A program made the position numbers and the translations under genes. Under the pieces are notes generated by a model. That model did not search any database and had not been told where the DNA came from. It worked only from the letters and a program-made list of their open reading frames with translations. A DNA stretch of 64,000 nt from Phoronis australis (Eukaryota > Animalia > Phoronida), in assembly GCA_002633005.1 (NCBI GenBank), contig NMRA01000293.1, forward strand, positions 360,756-424,755. Direction: 5' to 3'. The first letter of the stretch is position 1. Each line of letters opens with the position of its first letter. Below, one piece after another: positions 1 to 13,100 of the stretch.

Positions 1-233
1 ACAGTTATTTTGAGTTCGCCCAAAAGTAGAGTAGAAAATGCCAAACCTAATTTCGAGTTCCATTTCGAGTAAAAAGATTGGAGACCGGGCCCTGAAGTTG
101 AACTACCCCAAGCTGACATTACTTGATTAGAAGATAAGAGTGATAAGATAGTCAGTGTTCACCATCTTTAGCTTTCTCCAGTAGAGACTGGGGAGTTCCT
201 GTAGGAGCTTCATATGCCGACAGCTTCTTGATG

Positions 234-680
234 AATTATGCCTCACACTGATTAAAACATCAGATTCAGAGTCAAGTTGTTATAAGTTATAAGTACCTTT
301 TGCGCATATAGAGCCTTAGAGGACACTTAGCCTGGACTGGAGGCTGTCGATGTCTTTAATTCCTTTCAACTCGAACAAAAACTTCCGTGATCAGTTTTTT
401 TTGAGCTGTCCTCTTTTCAGATGCCCAAATTGGCTGCTGGCCATTTTTAACAATGTGCGCACTCCTGGCGGGCGCAGTAAAATTATGAGCGGGCGCAATG
501 TAAAAATAGCCAGCTGCTGACTTGGGCAACTTAGAAAGGACTGCTCGAAGAAAAGGTTTGATTACAGGGGTTTTTGTTGGAGTTGGAAGGAAATAAAGAC
601 ATTGACAGCCATCAAAGCTGGCCCTCTATGCTCAAAAGGCACTTATAACAACGTGACATTGATCAGTGTAAGGCGTAATT
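234..680. mobile_element. Foldback/MITE-like element, imperfect palindrome over ~450 bp, possible TA target duplication
   Basis: Left end aattatgcctcacactgatt matches the reverse complement of right end gatcagtgtaaggcgtaatt. Internal arms also pair (gttataagtaccttttg / caaaaggcacttataac; ggctgtcgatgtcttt / aaagacattgacagcc; tgcccaa / ttgggca). TA lies at 237-238 and 677-678. Confidence 0.75.
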
Positions 681-1355
681 GGCTAAAATAATTCGTGCGT
701 ATGAAGCTCCATCTCTAATGGGGCCAGCTAGAGATGGTGTCACTGTCTACCATTTTATCTGTGACTGCAACACTTTTCTAATTCAATCGGCAGCATTCAC
801 GGCAAAGTGTCCAGGCCGACCTCCATTTACGTTTCATGCTCATCAAGCCACTCACATCACCATAATGCTAACATCGTCTAAAACCGGTACAAATAGAGGC
901 TCTTGACGGTAATTCACGACCGTATCGAGCTGACCTCAGTTCGACCTGACCTGATGAGGTCACAAACACATAATCGCTGCTGATTTGTAATTCGACTCAT
1001 TTTATGACTTCCATTTAATTAATTAAATCACACGCATGTGCTTCTGTGTTTGTGATTGATGATTTATGAGGAACGGAAGGAAATTTGAAGGCCGTTTGAA
1101 ATGTTGACCTATGTTTCTTGTACCCAAGCAGTGTGCTCATGGAGTACTGTAAGTGTAATGTTGCTGATTTTAGTTGATGTAAGCGTTCCTGTGATATTGT
1201 GGGCAGCCTTATGAGCATGCGCATTAGTTGACATAAATGGAACAGGTCGGTCAAGACGTTTTGCCTGGAATGTTGCCGATTGAATTCATTTAGGAAAATC
1301 TGGAGGTATGTTTGGTATTTATTGGTTTCATTGTTAATAATTGTAACTAGTGAAC

Positions 1356-4300
1356 ATGTTGCAGTCGCAGGTAAATTGTGTGACGTAAATTACTCCCAGA
1401 TTGACACACTTTAAGTAATTCCAAAAGTGTCTGGTGGGTGACCATATTCGATAGCAGTTATGTACCTTTGTCTTTATTTTAGTATATTATCAAGCGGCTG
1501 ACGAGAGAGCATGTGGGCCCAGCGGACAACCCGAATATCATGACTCATCAGTTATTAACTAAAAAGTGAACTCATCTACTAGTATGTGTAATTTCTGTAC
1601 TTTTTGACAGGTTTGTTTGTTTTTTTCCAGAGAGAGGAGAAGCAATTAGAGGCTGCCTTGGAGTCGATCATTTTAAGAGTTCAAGATATAAAGAATGCAA
1701 TTGCAGCTTTCTTGGCCAAGCTTGAAACAGAACATGAAACACTGAAATGGTGTGGTGGTATTTGATGCATTTTGTTTGTGCTGTGTGTCATTCTCCTATG
1801 CACTTCTTTATGAGATGTGCAATTTGAGCTGCAAAAGTATTGCTCTTTTGGTTGCTTTTTGTTGTTGCTAAACTTTTGTTTGTGTCATTTTATGTGCCGA
1901 GCGTTGTCTTGAGGAAAAGCGAATTGTCATTTCTTTACAAATTTAGAGAAATCACTTTCCATCTGAGTAAGAAACAAGTTGAGGTTTATTTTATGGTAAA
2001 TGGTTTAAATCATAAATTTGTTTTTTTGACAGAACGCATGTCTATAGCGGCGTTAAGTTTAGAATTACATTCTGGACCAAACTGTGTTCATTCAATACTC
2101 CCTTTGCTAGACTCACTGCTTGATATATTTTGTTTCATATGATTTTTGTCCTAATTATTAATGTAGAGGACTTGAAGTTTGTCCATCTAGGATTAAGGGC
2201 ATGTTGTGAAGGATAGAACATGTTTACATTTTACATTACAGGCCGAGTGTCTTGGACAATTTTGCTTTACTCTCTGGCCAGATCAGCTCACTCAACAATC
2301 TTCTGAAAAATGAGAAGGTGCCTCAGCTACGACAGTACATCACACTGCCATTAGTGTTGAGTCATGAAGCTGACAGGGACCTAGAGGTAAAGTGCAAAAT
2401 GTCAATAATGTTTTGGTGATACCAACTGTTACATGCCCACGTATTTATATAGGCTAAAATGTTCACTGACTTCCAGTACATCATTTGCGCAGACTTTAAC
2501 GTAAACTATGCAAGCCGAGTGTGATGCAGCTTGCAGTCACATTGTTGTAACCAAATGATGTTTGTCTATTGTCAGGCACTTTTGTATTTCGCACCATAAG
2601 AGTTCCACATGTACTTTGTTGTTGTCGTGTTCTGTGCACGCTTTTCTCAGCTGCATTACTATATTATCCTTCCAATGCCAACAAAGTATTACTGCTGTAG
2701 TGTGGGCTGCAAATCCAATTGAAGAAAGTTGCATAAAACCCGTGGGTGCATGATGTTAAGTTCATCACCTTCCCGTCATAAGTCAAAGACAAGAAATTGC
2801 AGGGGGGGGGGTTAAGCAAACTGGTTAACTTTGGAACAAACAGAAACCCTTTCTGGAAGATACATTTCAATTCCGCTGCTTTTTTAAATGGTTGAAATCT
2901 GGATTTATTTCCACGGCCATACACCTCAACGTGACTTTGTGAAAATGTGACTGACATTTCAAAGCAATGTCAATGAAAACAATGTGTTCTCTTACCTCCG
3001 GGACAAAAGAGAGCTCTGTCACTATGTAATCCAGGACAGCTCTATTGTTTCTTTGTTCATTTTTGGGGTCTGAAAACCAACATTTTGACCTTGGTGAAAG
3101 TCTGTATTATTGTACATTTTCTCTGATGCTGCACCTTGAGACTGGTGAATGCGGTGCAGTAATGAAAATGAAAATGGCAGTGATAACGGTTTAATTGTTT
3201 TCACACCTTTAATGCTGAACTTTGCAGAAAGTGACAGAAGGCCGTGTAGTGACCTTTAACCCTGACAGTGTTCCACACTATCTGAGGACCAAACCAGAGA
3301 TGGAAATTGAAGAAAAACTGAACCAGTTTAACACAAAAGCATCTCAACTCTCTGCTGACAATGTGCAGGTAAATAGGTTTTGTACAGTAACTGATTTGTG
3401 TTTCTGAAAATCTTTAAAATCTGTTAAATCACATTTGCCGGTGCCAAAATCTGACCTTTCAAGTACGTCTTTTTATAATAAGTACTTGTTGTAAGTAGCC
3501 TACAATAGATGGCGCTGTTGGAGTTGCTGGATACGCCATCTTGTAATAAATGTTTCTGCAAACATTGTCTGATCTTTAACACATCAAACTAGTGTAGACG
3601 TAACTGCACAGGGCCTTTATAACGCCATCATCCGCTTTAAAGTAACACTTGACTTTTTATATTTGACTTTTTCTCTGTTTCAGACTTTGCTTAGCAGAGT
3701 CTTTTGTATTTATTTTATTGGTTTTCCTGGTTTAGGACTATTTTTAATCTTGTGTTATGCACTACATTTTTGTATTTGAAAACACATTAGTTTGAGCCGT
3801 TAGTCCTAAGTTTTCTTAAGTGAATTTCAGCACGTGCTTAGATTTACTGATATCACTATACATCAACGTCTAATCTCTCGTGTGTGATAAGAACTGGTAG
3901 CTGGTATCATTCTGTGGACTCCTCACTGTGTACTTTGTTACATTCACAGAAGCAAATTGCAACTCTAAATAGAATCACTGGCTCAGTTGCGGATAATTTG
4001 AAGAAGTTTCGCGATGACTGGGAGAGTGAAACAGGTATGGACTTGATGGACTTGTATATTTTGTGTTCATACTGTTTGGCCGTGAAATTGGGGAAAATGA
4101 ATGCTCTGTGTGTGTGTGTGTGTGTGGGCGTGCGCATGTGTGTGTGTCATGCTGTAGAAGGTAACACATTGGTATTGTATATTAAGTGACATATTGTGCT
4201 GCACAAACATGTAATAGATACAAACATACTGGTATTGTATATACAAGTGATGTACCATGCTGTACAAGCAAATGATAGATACAAACATACTGGTATTGTG

Positions 4301-7300
4301 TGTGTAAGTGCTGTTCAAGTAAACAATTGATGCAAACATTCTGGTATTGTATATACAAGTGATGTATCATGCTGTAAAAGAAAATGATAGATACGAACAT
4401 ACTGGTATTGTGTACTATGTAAGTGCTGTTCAAGTAAACAATTGATGCAAACGTTCTGGTATTGTATATACAAGTGATGTATCATGCTGTACCATTACAA
4501 ATATTAGTATATTAATTGAGGTGCACTACCTGCTACAGAAAAAAACTGCAATTGTAGCAAAATTCAAGAAAATGTACATAATTGCGAAGCTTTTATTGCA
4601 TGAGAACCTGTCTTTATACGTGTCCTCTTTGCAGGTCAGAGACGTTCCCAGCCTTCTACATCATCTAGTGCGGACACACAAGCTCTCATTGCAGCCCTGA
4701 ACACTGGTAAAACCTTCAAGCAAGGTCTGAAGCGACAAGACGCTATATCTAACCCCCCACCTGATATACCTCGACCCCAACAGTCACGACCAAGTATGTG
4801 GTGTTTTTAGCTGAGGAAAATTCCGTCGCTGACTTCTTTTAATGTGCTGGTTTAGTTCATTGCCATCCCTAGTTAAAGTCCCACACAGCGCCGTCTTTGA
4901 AAACTCTTTGTTTTGTGTAGAACCCTTTGTTTTGGTTTGATAATGCAGCAGGTTAGCATTTCACATGCTGGACTGAATGAAGTTGGCCTACTCTGGAAAG
5001 ATTCACCACCGCAAGTTTGATTGATTTCAGATTTTGGCTTGACCAAATTAGCAGTTCTTGAGGATAATTTTGACTAGAATATTTATGACTTGCTCTGACA
5101 CACTCAAATTACTGTCGGTGCTGCATACGTGGATGGATTTGGTGGGGGTTATAGAGCCGCTTCTGCTACGGACACTACTAAAAAAACGCCTTGCATAGGG
5201 CTGATGGGGACATTTAAATTGTGGCTGCACCTCATGACATACTATTTTTTTCTATATATTTATTATTATTTATAGACAAATACAAATTAAATCACTAACA
5301 AATACATCCATTCATAAAGGCATGCACACCTCAGGAAAGACTATTTTCTTGGCTCCTATAAAGTAAACAACTGCTACACAAAGTTAATGTAACAGTAAAA
5401 TTTTCCTGCTTCCCAGAAAAGCTGCCATACACAAAATTTTTACATGCAATTGATTTTCCAGTATTGTAGTAGCCATGAGTATATGTAACAAACTTGTGAA
5501 TATTAGGTATATTTTGTTTGGCTAGTAACAGCATAATGTTGAATAGAGAATCGTGTGTCTCATAAAGTTCAAGAATAACACTTTTGTAAGAGAGACAGTT
5601 GGGAAGCTGAATGGGACGATTTTGAAGTAGTTTTGTGAATTCCTTCCAAAAATCTACAGGGCTGTGACAGTGTCTTTGGAGCTTTATTACAAAAGGAACA
5701 TAAATTAGAATCTCAAACTTGGATTTTGCCTAGTTGCAATAAGCCTGTGTAATATTCTAAATTGGAACCATCTAATGTTGGGATCCTTTGTAGTGTCATA
5801 AGGTAATGTGTATATTTTCTTCCAATCTGAACTATCTCCTAACTCTATTTCCCATTTACACTTTGATTTAGAAGGTTTCTTGATGTCTTTAAAGATAGAC
5901 TGAACAGATGTGTCTAAAGCCCTTCACATCCTGTGAGTAATTGCTAAAGGCATACAAAAAGAATAGATATTAAAACTTTTAATTTTTCTTTGAAATAGAC
6001 TTTTTTGAAACCTTGTTAGAACAGAAACAACACCATTATATTCTACTAAGTTGGTTTTCACATCGAACCTGTTTATCATGGTCTAAAGTAACGAAAACGC
6101 CATCAGAGATATATTATGTAATATACCTCTGATAAAGCTTTTACAAACTAAGACTTAGAAAAAATGCTTCTGCCTCCGATGCCCAATTTACTATTAAACC
6201 ATAAAGGCCTATTCAAAGAATCCTCTTAATTCGCAACGATTATTTTTAAGCGCTCTACCAAATGGCATTCAATTTTGTTGACTCCAATTTTTTAATAGAC
6301 TGAATCTCAGTCACTCTTGCCATGAAGTTTTTTATGCGTCATATCCAATTGACTAGCAAAATCCACTCCCAAAAATCTAAAAGATTTTTTTGTCCAAGAC
6401 AGACTTTCTTGTGTAGGAATCACGTCATTACTACCAGTTTTACTTCCAAACCATATGACTTTTGTTTCATCCACATTCACTTGGAGACCGGAGACACTAG
6501 CAAACAAGTATATTCAATGTGCTATTCAATGACAAATTCGACCTGTCCAAAGTAATTGATGTGTTGTCCGCATAATTAAATATTCCTAATTTCCTGCAAG
6601 TACACCTGCAATATTTTTATTAATCTTGATTAAATACGCCAAAATCGCTGCGCACAATATAAAAATGTAGGGAGACAGCGGGTCACCTTGTCTGCAGCCA
6701 CGCGAAATATTGAACCAGGAAGATGGGTTATCATTTACGACAACGCACAACGTAATATAAAAGACTTTTACTCACCTTCTGATTGACCAACCAAAATTAA
6801 GGAATGATAATGTTTTTTGTATATAATTCCATGACAATGAATCAAATGCTTTCTCAAACTTATTCAGTAAGAGCAATCCTGGTTTTTCAGCTGCCTGGGC
6901 ATAAAACATTAAATTATATAGCATGCGGATATTTGTGTTCATATTTCTTCCAGAAACAAAACCTGTCTGGTCCTTACTGCTTAGTTTTCCAAAAATGGAT
7001 TTTAAACGTTCAGCCACAGCCGAGGAATCCAGTTGATATGTCACATTTAGTGAGGATACGAGTCTCCAGTTTTTCAAATAATGTTTACTTTAATTTATAT
7101 CCTCCCTTGCAGATACAGGTAATCACTCCCTCTTTCTGTGTTGATGGTAATTGACAAACAATAAAACCACTTGATTCATTGGTTCACTGAACATGTGATG
7201 TTTATTTCTGATAAAGTTTCATATTTGGATTGCAATTGACTGCGCACAGCATGCCTTGTATGTTTTATCGATAATTTATGTGAACTGTTATCCGTCGTTT

Positions 7301-7393
7301 CCAGATATCCCGACTCCACAGATTATCACCAATAAAGCACCAATGTTCAGAACTAATATAAAGACAGCTAGCCATCCATACACAAGACCATGA
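1356..7393 (+). CDS. MED8: Mediator of RNA polymerase II transcription subunit 8 (7 coding exons: 1356-1370, 1631-1749, 2242-2386, 3228-3368, 3950-4034, 4635-4793, 7305-7393)
   Basis: Manual splicing with GT-AG sites and consistent phases gives [59 protein letters not shown]...KVTEGRVVTFNPDSVPHYLRTKPEME...RTNIKTASHPYTRP*. This matches recalled MED8 motifs ([36 protein letters not shown].R). Confidence 0.95.
4107..4500. repeat. (TG)n microsatellite followed by a ~52-62-bp minisatellite in MED8 intron 5
   Basis: Anchor tggtattgt recurs about six times (4170, 4230, 4291, 4342, 4403, 4457). Two unit variants alternate: ...atacaagtgatgtatcatgctgta...gatagatacaaacatac and ...gtaagtgctgttcaagtaaacaattgatgcaaac. 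Confidence 0.85.
5250..7160 (-). mobile_element. Decayed, 5'-truncated L1/Tx1-like non-LTR retrotransposon (RT domain) in MED8 intron 6
   Basis: Minus-strand fragments: NWRLVSSLNVTY...DQTGFVSGR...FEKAFDSLSW (6772-7077), GCRQGDPLSPYIF (~6665-6705), YADN (degenerate YADD, ~6565-6576) and SGLQVNVDETK (6307-6507). Multiple stops and frameshifts; AT-rich 3' tail near 5250-5290. Confidence 0.9.
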
Positions 7394-8686
7394 AACTATA
7401 TTGAGAGTTCAGACCAGAGCAGGAAGTCATCAGTATGCAAGGCGGTGAAAGGTTTGTTCTCAGCCATGCCAGGATTCAGTGTTTAGGCTTGAGCAGCCAG
7501 ACCGTCCCACAATGAAAGCTGTTTTGTCAGCCATGCCTTGGCTAAGACTGGAGAATATCTCTGCAGGCCTAATAATTCCATCTGTCTTTTGCAGAGGTAC
7601 GAAGGCATATTGTTTGGTTTACCCGGTATTCACAATGTCTGGCTCTTTGGAGTTGATTTAGTTGATGAATGAGACATTGCACATCTGTGAATTTATGTCT
7701 AGTTTGCCACAATGGAACTCCCCTGGGATTTACTAATGCTGATATGGGTCTGTGGACACTGCAGCAGCATGGGGGAAGCAGCAGGGTCCTTACCATTCCC
7801 AGAATGCAGTGATACAGCTTTGGAATTGCTTGAATGGACAATTGTGATGTTGATTCACTTTTGATAGACATGAATGTTGAGATATGGTTTCTGATTATGC
7901 TAGCTATATATTACCCCAGTGAGAAATTTCGATATTCTGATCTTTGAAATTCTTGATCTGTTATATGTGTGCCATTGTGGTGAATCTTAAATGCATCCGT
8001 CTGCTGCAATGAGTACTTAGTTATCTAACATGTTAGTGATTTTTGACAGGTCAAGATGACTATGTTAAATTATTTCTGCGTCGAACTGCATAGAATCTCA
8101 GTTACCCGTTGGAAGGTTTGAACTACTGAGCACACTACCATTAGCATCAATCTATCACAGCAATTGTCAGATGTAATGTGCCCACATTTTGAGAACCAGT
8201 GTGATGCCCATTATTCTGTAGAAAAAACTAGTTCTCAAAATGTGGGCAACTTACGTCTGACTTATCACGGATCACTTCAGATGTTATTCAGGCTGGTGAC
8301 AGATTGCGGTTGTAGATTTCAAACAGTGATTACCCGGCTGCTATATGAGCAAGAAATCCCTGAACTGGCTGACATGCATGTTATGCAGGTAGTTATTGAT
8401 TATCATTTGTGGCCACCATTATGTTATTGAGTTGTACTTTATTTTTTTTTCATTGCATGAAACTGAGTGTTTGATAATGGATGTTTTCCTTTCGGCATGT
8501 AGTGCAATTTACTGAGTTTGTCTTTGGGGATTGATGTATGAAGAAATTTTAAAAATGGTTTGCGATACATTCTGGAAACAATTGGTTTATTTTTATTTTG
8601 CTTTTTGTTTTTTGAGCACAACAGACATTTCCAACATTGGTGGCTGTTAGCTCATTTAAAGACAGATTTCTAAGATTGCCTTTCAA

Positions 8687-8845
8687 GTTTTAACTGTTAT
8701 ATGTGCAAAGGAAATCGGAATAAATTTTGCATCATTTTGTCGTAAGTTTTAGTCAATTTCTGTATGTTTTAACTGTTATATGTGCAAAGGAAATCGGAAT
8801 AAATTTTGCATCATTTTGTCGTAAGTTTTAGTCAATTTCTGTATG
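8687..8845. repeat. Perfect 79-bp tandem duplication (downstream of MED8, putative 3' UTR)
   Basis: gttttaactgttatatgtgcaaaggaaatcggaataaattttgcatcattttgtcgtaagttttagtcaatttctgtat occurs twice back to back; each copy contains AATAAA. Confidence 0.9.
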
Positions 8846-10121
8846 AATGAGATTATGGTTTATGCAGTTTAAGAAATGTCAAGGTCATGCAACTCTTCCC
8901 TGGTCATTTTTGCATAATTTCATGTTATTCAAAAGCTCTTTCTTGAACTTGAAACCAATTTTACAAATCCGTAGAAGACTGTTTTTCATAGATTTTGCTG
9001 CTTGCTCCTCTTACGTGATAATGCGTATTGGATTTTTTTACCAGGAAATAACAGTTTTGGTACTGTTATCTGTGCTGTGTTAAATGCCCCTTTAACAAAT
9101 AGGCAATTGCAATATATTACAATGTTTAAAAATTAACAATAGAACACCGAAATCGCATGTCAACTTACAACATTGAAACACAAACACTATAAAATGAATT
9201 TCGAAAAAAATTTCAACTTAGTTTTTAACTTGAAAAGTTTCACACTGGAGTCAGACTTCACACCAGCTGAGATCAATACCCCACTCCTCTCTCCTAAAAT
9301 TCCCCGAGGGTCATACTGCTAGCCTGTTGTGATAGGCCCATAACCTGTTAGGGTGTGTGCCATGAATATGAAACATATACTTTATGTTGTGAAGAAAACT
9401 AAATTCCATGGTTAGTAAAAGGAGACTAATTTATTAAAAGCTCACCATGGATACACGCACACGCCAGAATGTACGATAGAGGTATTGGTGGTAGACCCAT
9501 GAAGCAATATTTTTCAAAAACCAAATCACTGAATGATAATGCGCATGAAAGCAATGTTTAGATTGCCTTAATGCGTGGTAACGTTTTTTCCTCAAAAATC
9601 GTGATTTATCACGGAGATCGTATTTTCCACCAACAAGAATTTTTTTGGCACGGAACCTTCGAATTCTGTTTCTTTATTCTATTTGCTGCAAAGGAATTAT
9701 GAGATTTTCTTTTACGGCGTCTTGATAGCCCAAGAGCTCGGCTGTCAAAAATTAAGATTTCTTCGTGTAATGTTGACGTCTTCGTTTGTGACGGCAGAGT
9801 TCTCTAGTTAAGAAAAACGGAAATTTGTGGAGATGTTTTGTTAAGAAATAGTATAAAGAAACATAATTTACAAGCTTCGTGCGAAATAAACCTGTTTGTG
9901 ATTATTAGGGTGATCCCCGTGAACAATCATTTTTTTACAAAAAACACGATTGCTAACATCTGGGCGATATTTTTTAGACTAAGCAAGATGATGATTGACG
10001 ACCTTAAAAATATATAGCTGTATTATTTGTAGTTAAAACATTATTTAAGAAGTTCGATCCTTGGGAACGAAGACCGTCTACTAGCTTAATTTGGTTATTG
10101 AACGTGTAGATTAATCCAAAG

Positions 10122-13100
10122 TTATGTTATCGGTTGGCTTAGTCTCGATTGTTTCTCTTTTCGCTTTAAGTTTATTGACGAAAGAGTATACAGATATGGG
10201 TTAAACGCTGCGTTGATGGGAAGAATGATTGCAGCCATCCAGGCAATGAATTCCGGGGAAATTGCAGTTCCCGCGAGAGACATGAAACCTGCTATCACAA
10301 TCGGCATCCAACAACAGAAGTCAGTGCCAACAACGAGGCTAAGCTTTTTAGCCAAAGCAACCTCTTTGTCAATATTCCTTTTTCCCGTGGCCTTTCCGCT
10401 TTTTCTTGTCACCACGAATATTGCTACGTAGCTGACGGCAATGACAACAAAGGCAACGAAATTGTAAATGAGAAAAATGGCCAGTTTAAAATGTTTAAAG
10501 GCATGAGATGTCATTGTAAATGGCAAACAGACTGAGGTTGCGCCGTAAAACTCGTTCTGCAGCCCGAAGTAACTAATCCCACTAAGAGGTAGTGCGGCCA
10601 TTACAATCCAGAAAAGAGCAACGGAGGCCATTATGACACGTGCTTGACACAGGCTCATTCGCTGAACTTTAAAGACAAAAACCAAGCTAATCAAGCGGTC
10701 GATAGTAATCACAAGCATTACTGAGACGGACATCTCACTGGAGAAAAATGCAAAGAAACCGGCCAATTTACACAAGGAGCTGTTCCGCCAGACAGGGTCG
10801 TGGAGAAAATAGTTCCCTTTGGCAAGGTAATAAGTGTCTGCTCCAGCCACCATTATCAAGTAGACGCCTGTGAAGAAGTCAGAAACTGCGAGATTTACTA
10901 TTAGAAAAGATTTGACATCTTTCAGTGCTGACTTGAATCGCCAAACGAAAACACCAATGTTGCCTACAACAGCCAGAACACCTAAAACCCACATGGTTAC
11001 ACGCAGAGGATAACTAGACATGAGGTTAGAACACGAGGAAAACGGGTCACGTGCTGGCGTGCAATTGACGTTTTCTGAAACAATACAGCAAAACCTGAAG
11101 CTATCTGTTTGCAGCTGGCTAACGTTGATGGTCTTAAATGCTTCAGCGTTGACTATAAGAAAAGGGTGATTGTTTCTCAAGTCAATTGCTACAGACCGCT
11201 GTAGCCCTCTGAACGCATGTGAGGAAATCTCGTCGAGTTTGTTCGAATCAAGTTGAAGGGTTGCAAGTCTCAATCCACTGAATATAGGGAATGTAATCTG
11301 TGTCAAGTAATTTCCACGAAGACTCAGATGAACCAAATTAGTCAAATGGTTAAATAGTAAAACGGGTAAAAAAGTCAAACGATTAAATGACAGATCTAAT
11401 GTGTACAGCATAGAATGGTTTGAAAAGGTGTGATTTGTTAAAGCAATTGAGTTATTGTTGAAAAATATTGCCCTCATGGAGTTTGAACCTTTAGGCAATG
11501 ACTTCTGATTGGTGTTTTCGCAATGTAAAACGTAACCAAGACACTGGCAGCCGACTGGACATGATATTTCAAGGTCGCATAATTTCTCATCTTCCCCTTT
11601 AACGCAATCTGAGACGCCATCGCAAACTTTTTCTTGGTGTATACATTTCTGTTCTCCTATGCATTTGAACGCCCCGGGACACGAGTACTTGTGGCAGTCG
11701 GCTTCATCGTATCCCCCGACACAGTCCCACACTTTGTCGCAAACACTGTGACGAGGGATGCAATAGCTCCCCGGGCATTTAAAAAGCCCTGGGCATTCAA
11801 AATCTTCACAGTTTACTAAATGACTATTGTCCAAGCAGCCTTTCCTGAGCGCAGCTTTGTCGTAGATGCACGCGAATGCTCTACTGAAACACGCTGGGTG
11901 ATCATCTCTGCATCTCGATTTGTCCGGTGAGTTACAGTACGGAAGTACGTTCGATTTAACGACGTCATCATCATCATCATCATTAAGTGCTTTAATGCGC
12001 TTTTTGTAATGTCTTCTTTCAACAAGCTCGTCTTCTTGAATTCCTCGAGTACAGTCTACGTGCAAATCGTGCACCTTACTTAAAGAAATACATCTACCGT
12101 TGTAACACGGAAAGCCACCAAAAGTCTTGCAAGTCGTTTTCCACTCACACACATCGTCACTTTCGTCCGAGCCGTCTTTACAGTGTTTTGTGAAATCACA
12201 CGTCACAGTTTTCGGCACGCATTGGCCAGACGAACATTGGAATTCCTCCGATAAGCAAGGCGGAAATCGGCAGTCTTTCTCGTCCGAGCCGTCTCCACAA
12301 TCGTCTTGGAAGTCACAGAGAAGCGACAAACTTACGCAATTCCCATTTTTACACCTGAAAATATAATGTATTACCGTCAGGGCTTGGATTTTTTTTAAGA
12401 GGACTTCCCTTTTTTGGTTTCGATTTCCTCTTATTTGATTTCCAGTTTCCTTTCATTATTTTGACTTTATTCATGCAAAAACGTTTATTTCAGTTAGATT
12501 TTACAACACAAAAACATTCCTGTCTCGCCTGCTTTTTTATTTGTGGAAAGATATATCACATGGAAAATTTCCCTCTTTTTTGTCATTGGTCATTCCAATC
12601 CCTGTACCGTGTTACTCTGTTCAGATTATATATAAAAAGAGGTTGCACAAAATAAGTAAAGGCAATTATTTGTCCTTTGTTTACATCACTTTTGGAACAC
12701 GGAAGAAGAGTCAAAGAGGATTTCTTCTGTATTTAACGCCCACCTAAAGATACACTTCGCCTCTGTGTTTCTGTCAATGTTGAATTCTTAACCGAAGCGT
12801 TCCAAGTTTGGAAACATTACATCGCTTATTCCATCTTGAATTATTGTCGCATGAGCAGGCAAATTAAGTCATTGGAAACTGAATGCGCCTGATTTTCGAA
12901 TCGATCCCAATCAACTCTGAAGCGTTTTGCTGATCCGATAACGGTAAGGAAAATTATGAAACCAATTTGAGAACAAACGATTTTCGTTTAGCCAGGCAAA
13001 CAAAGCGAAACCCAGCTTTAAGCTCATAAAGTCGTGATAGGACTTGATTTCAATTGTGAACAGTAATATCGAAAAAATCGTGAACTGGAGAAAACCCTTC

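Noticed and set aside
4170-4500. Regularly spaced repeats resembling a CRISPR array
   Set aside because: Intervening sequences are themselves repeated and the array is intronic in an animal gene, so it is a minisatellite.
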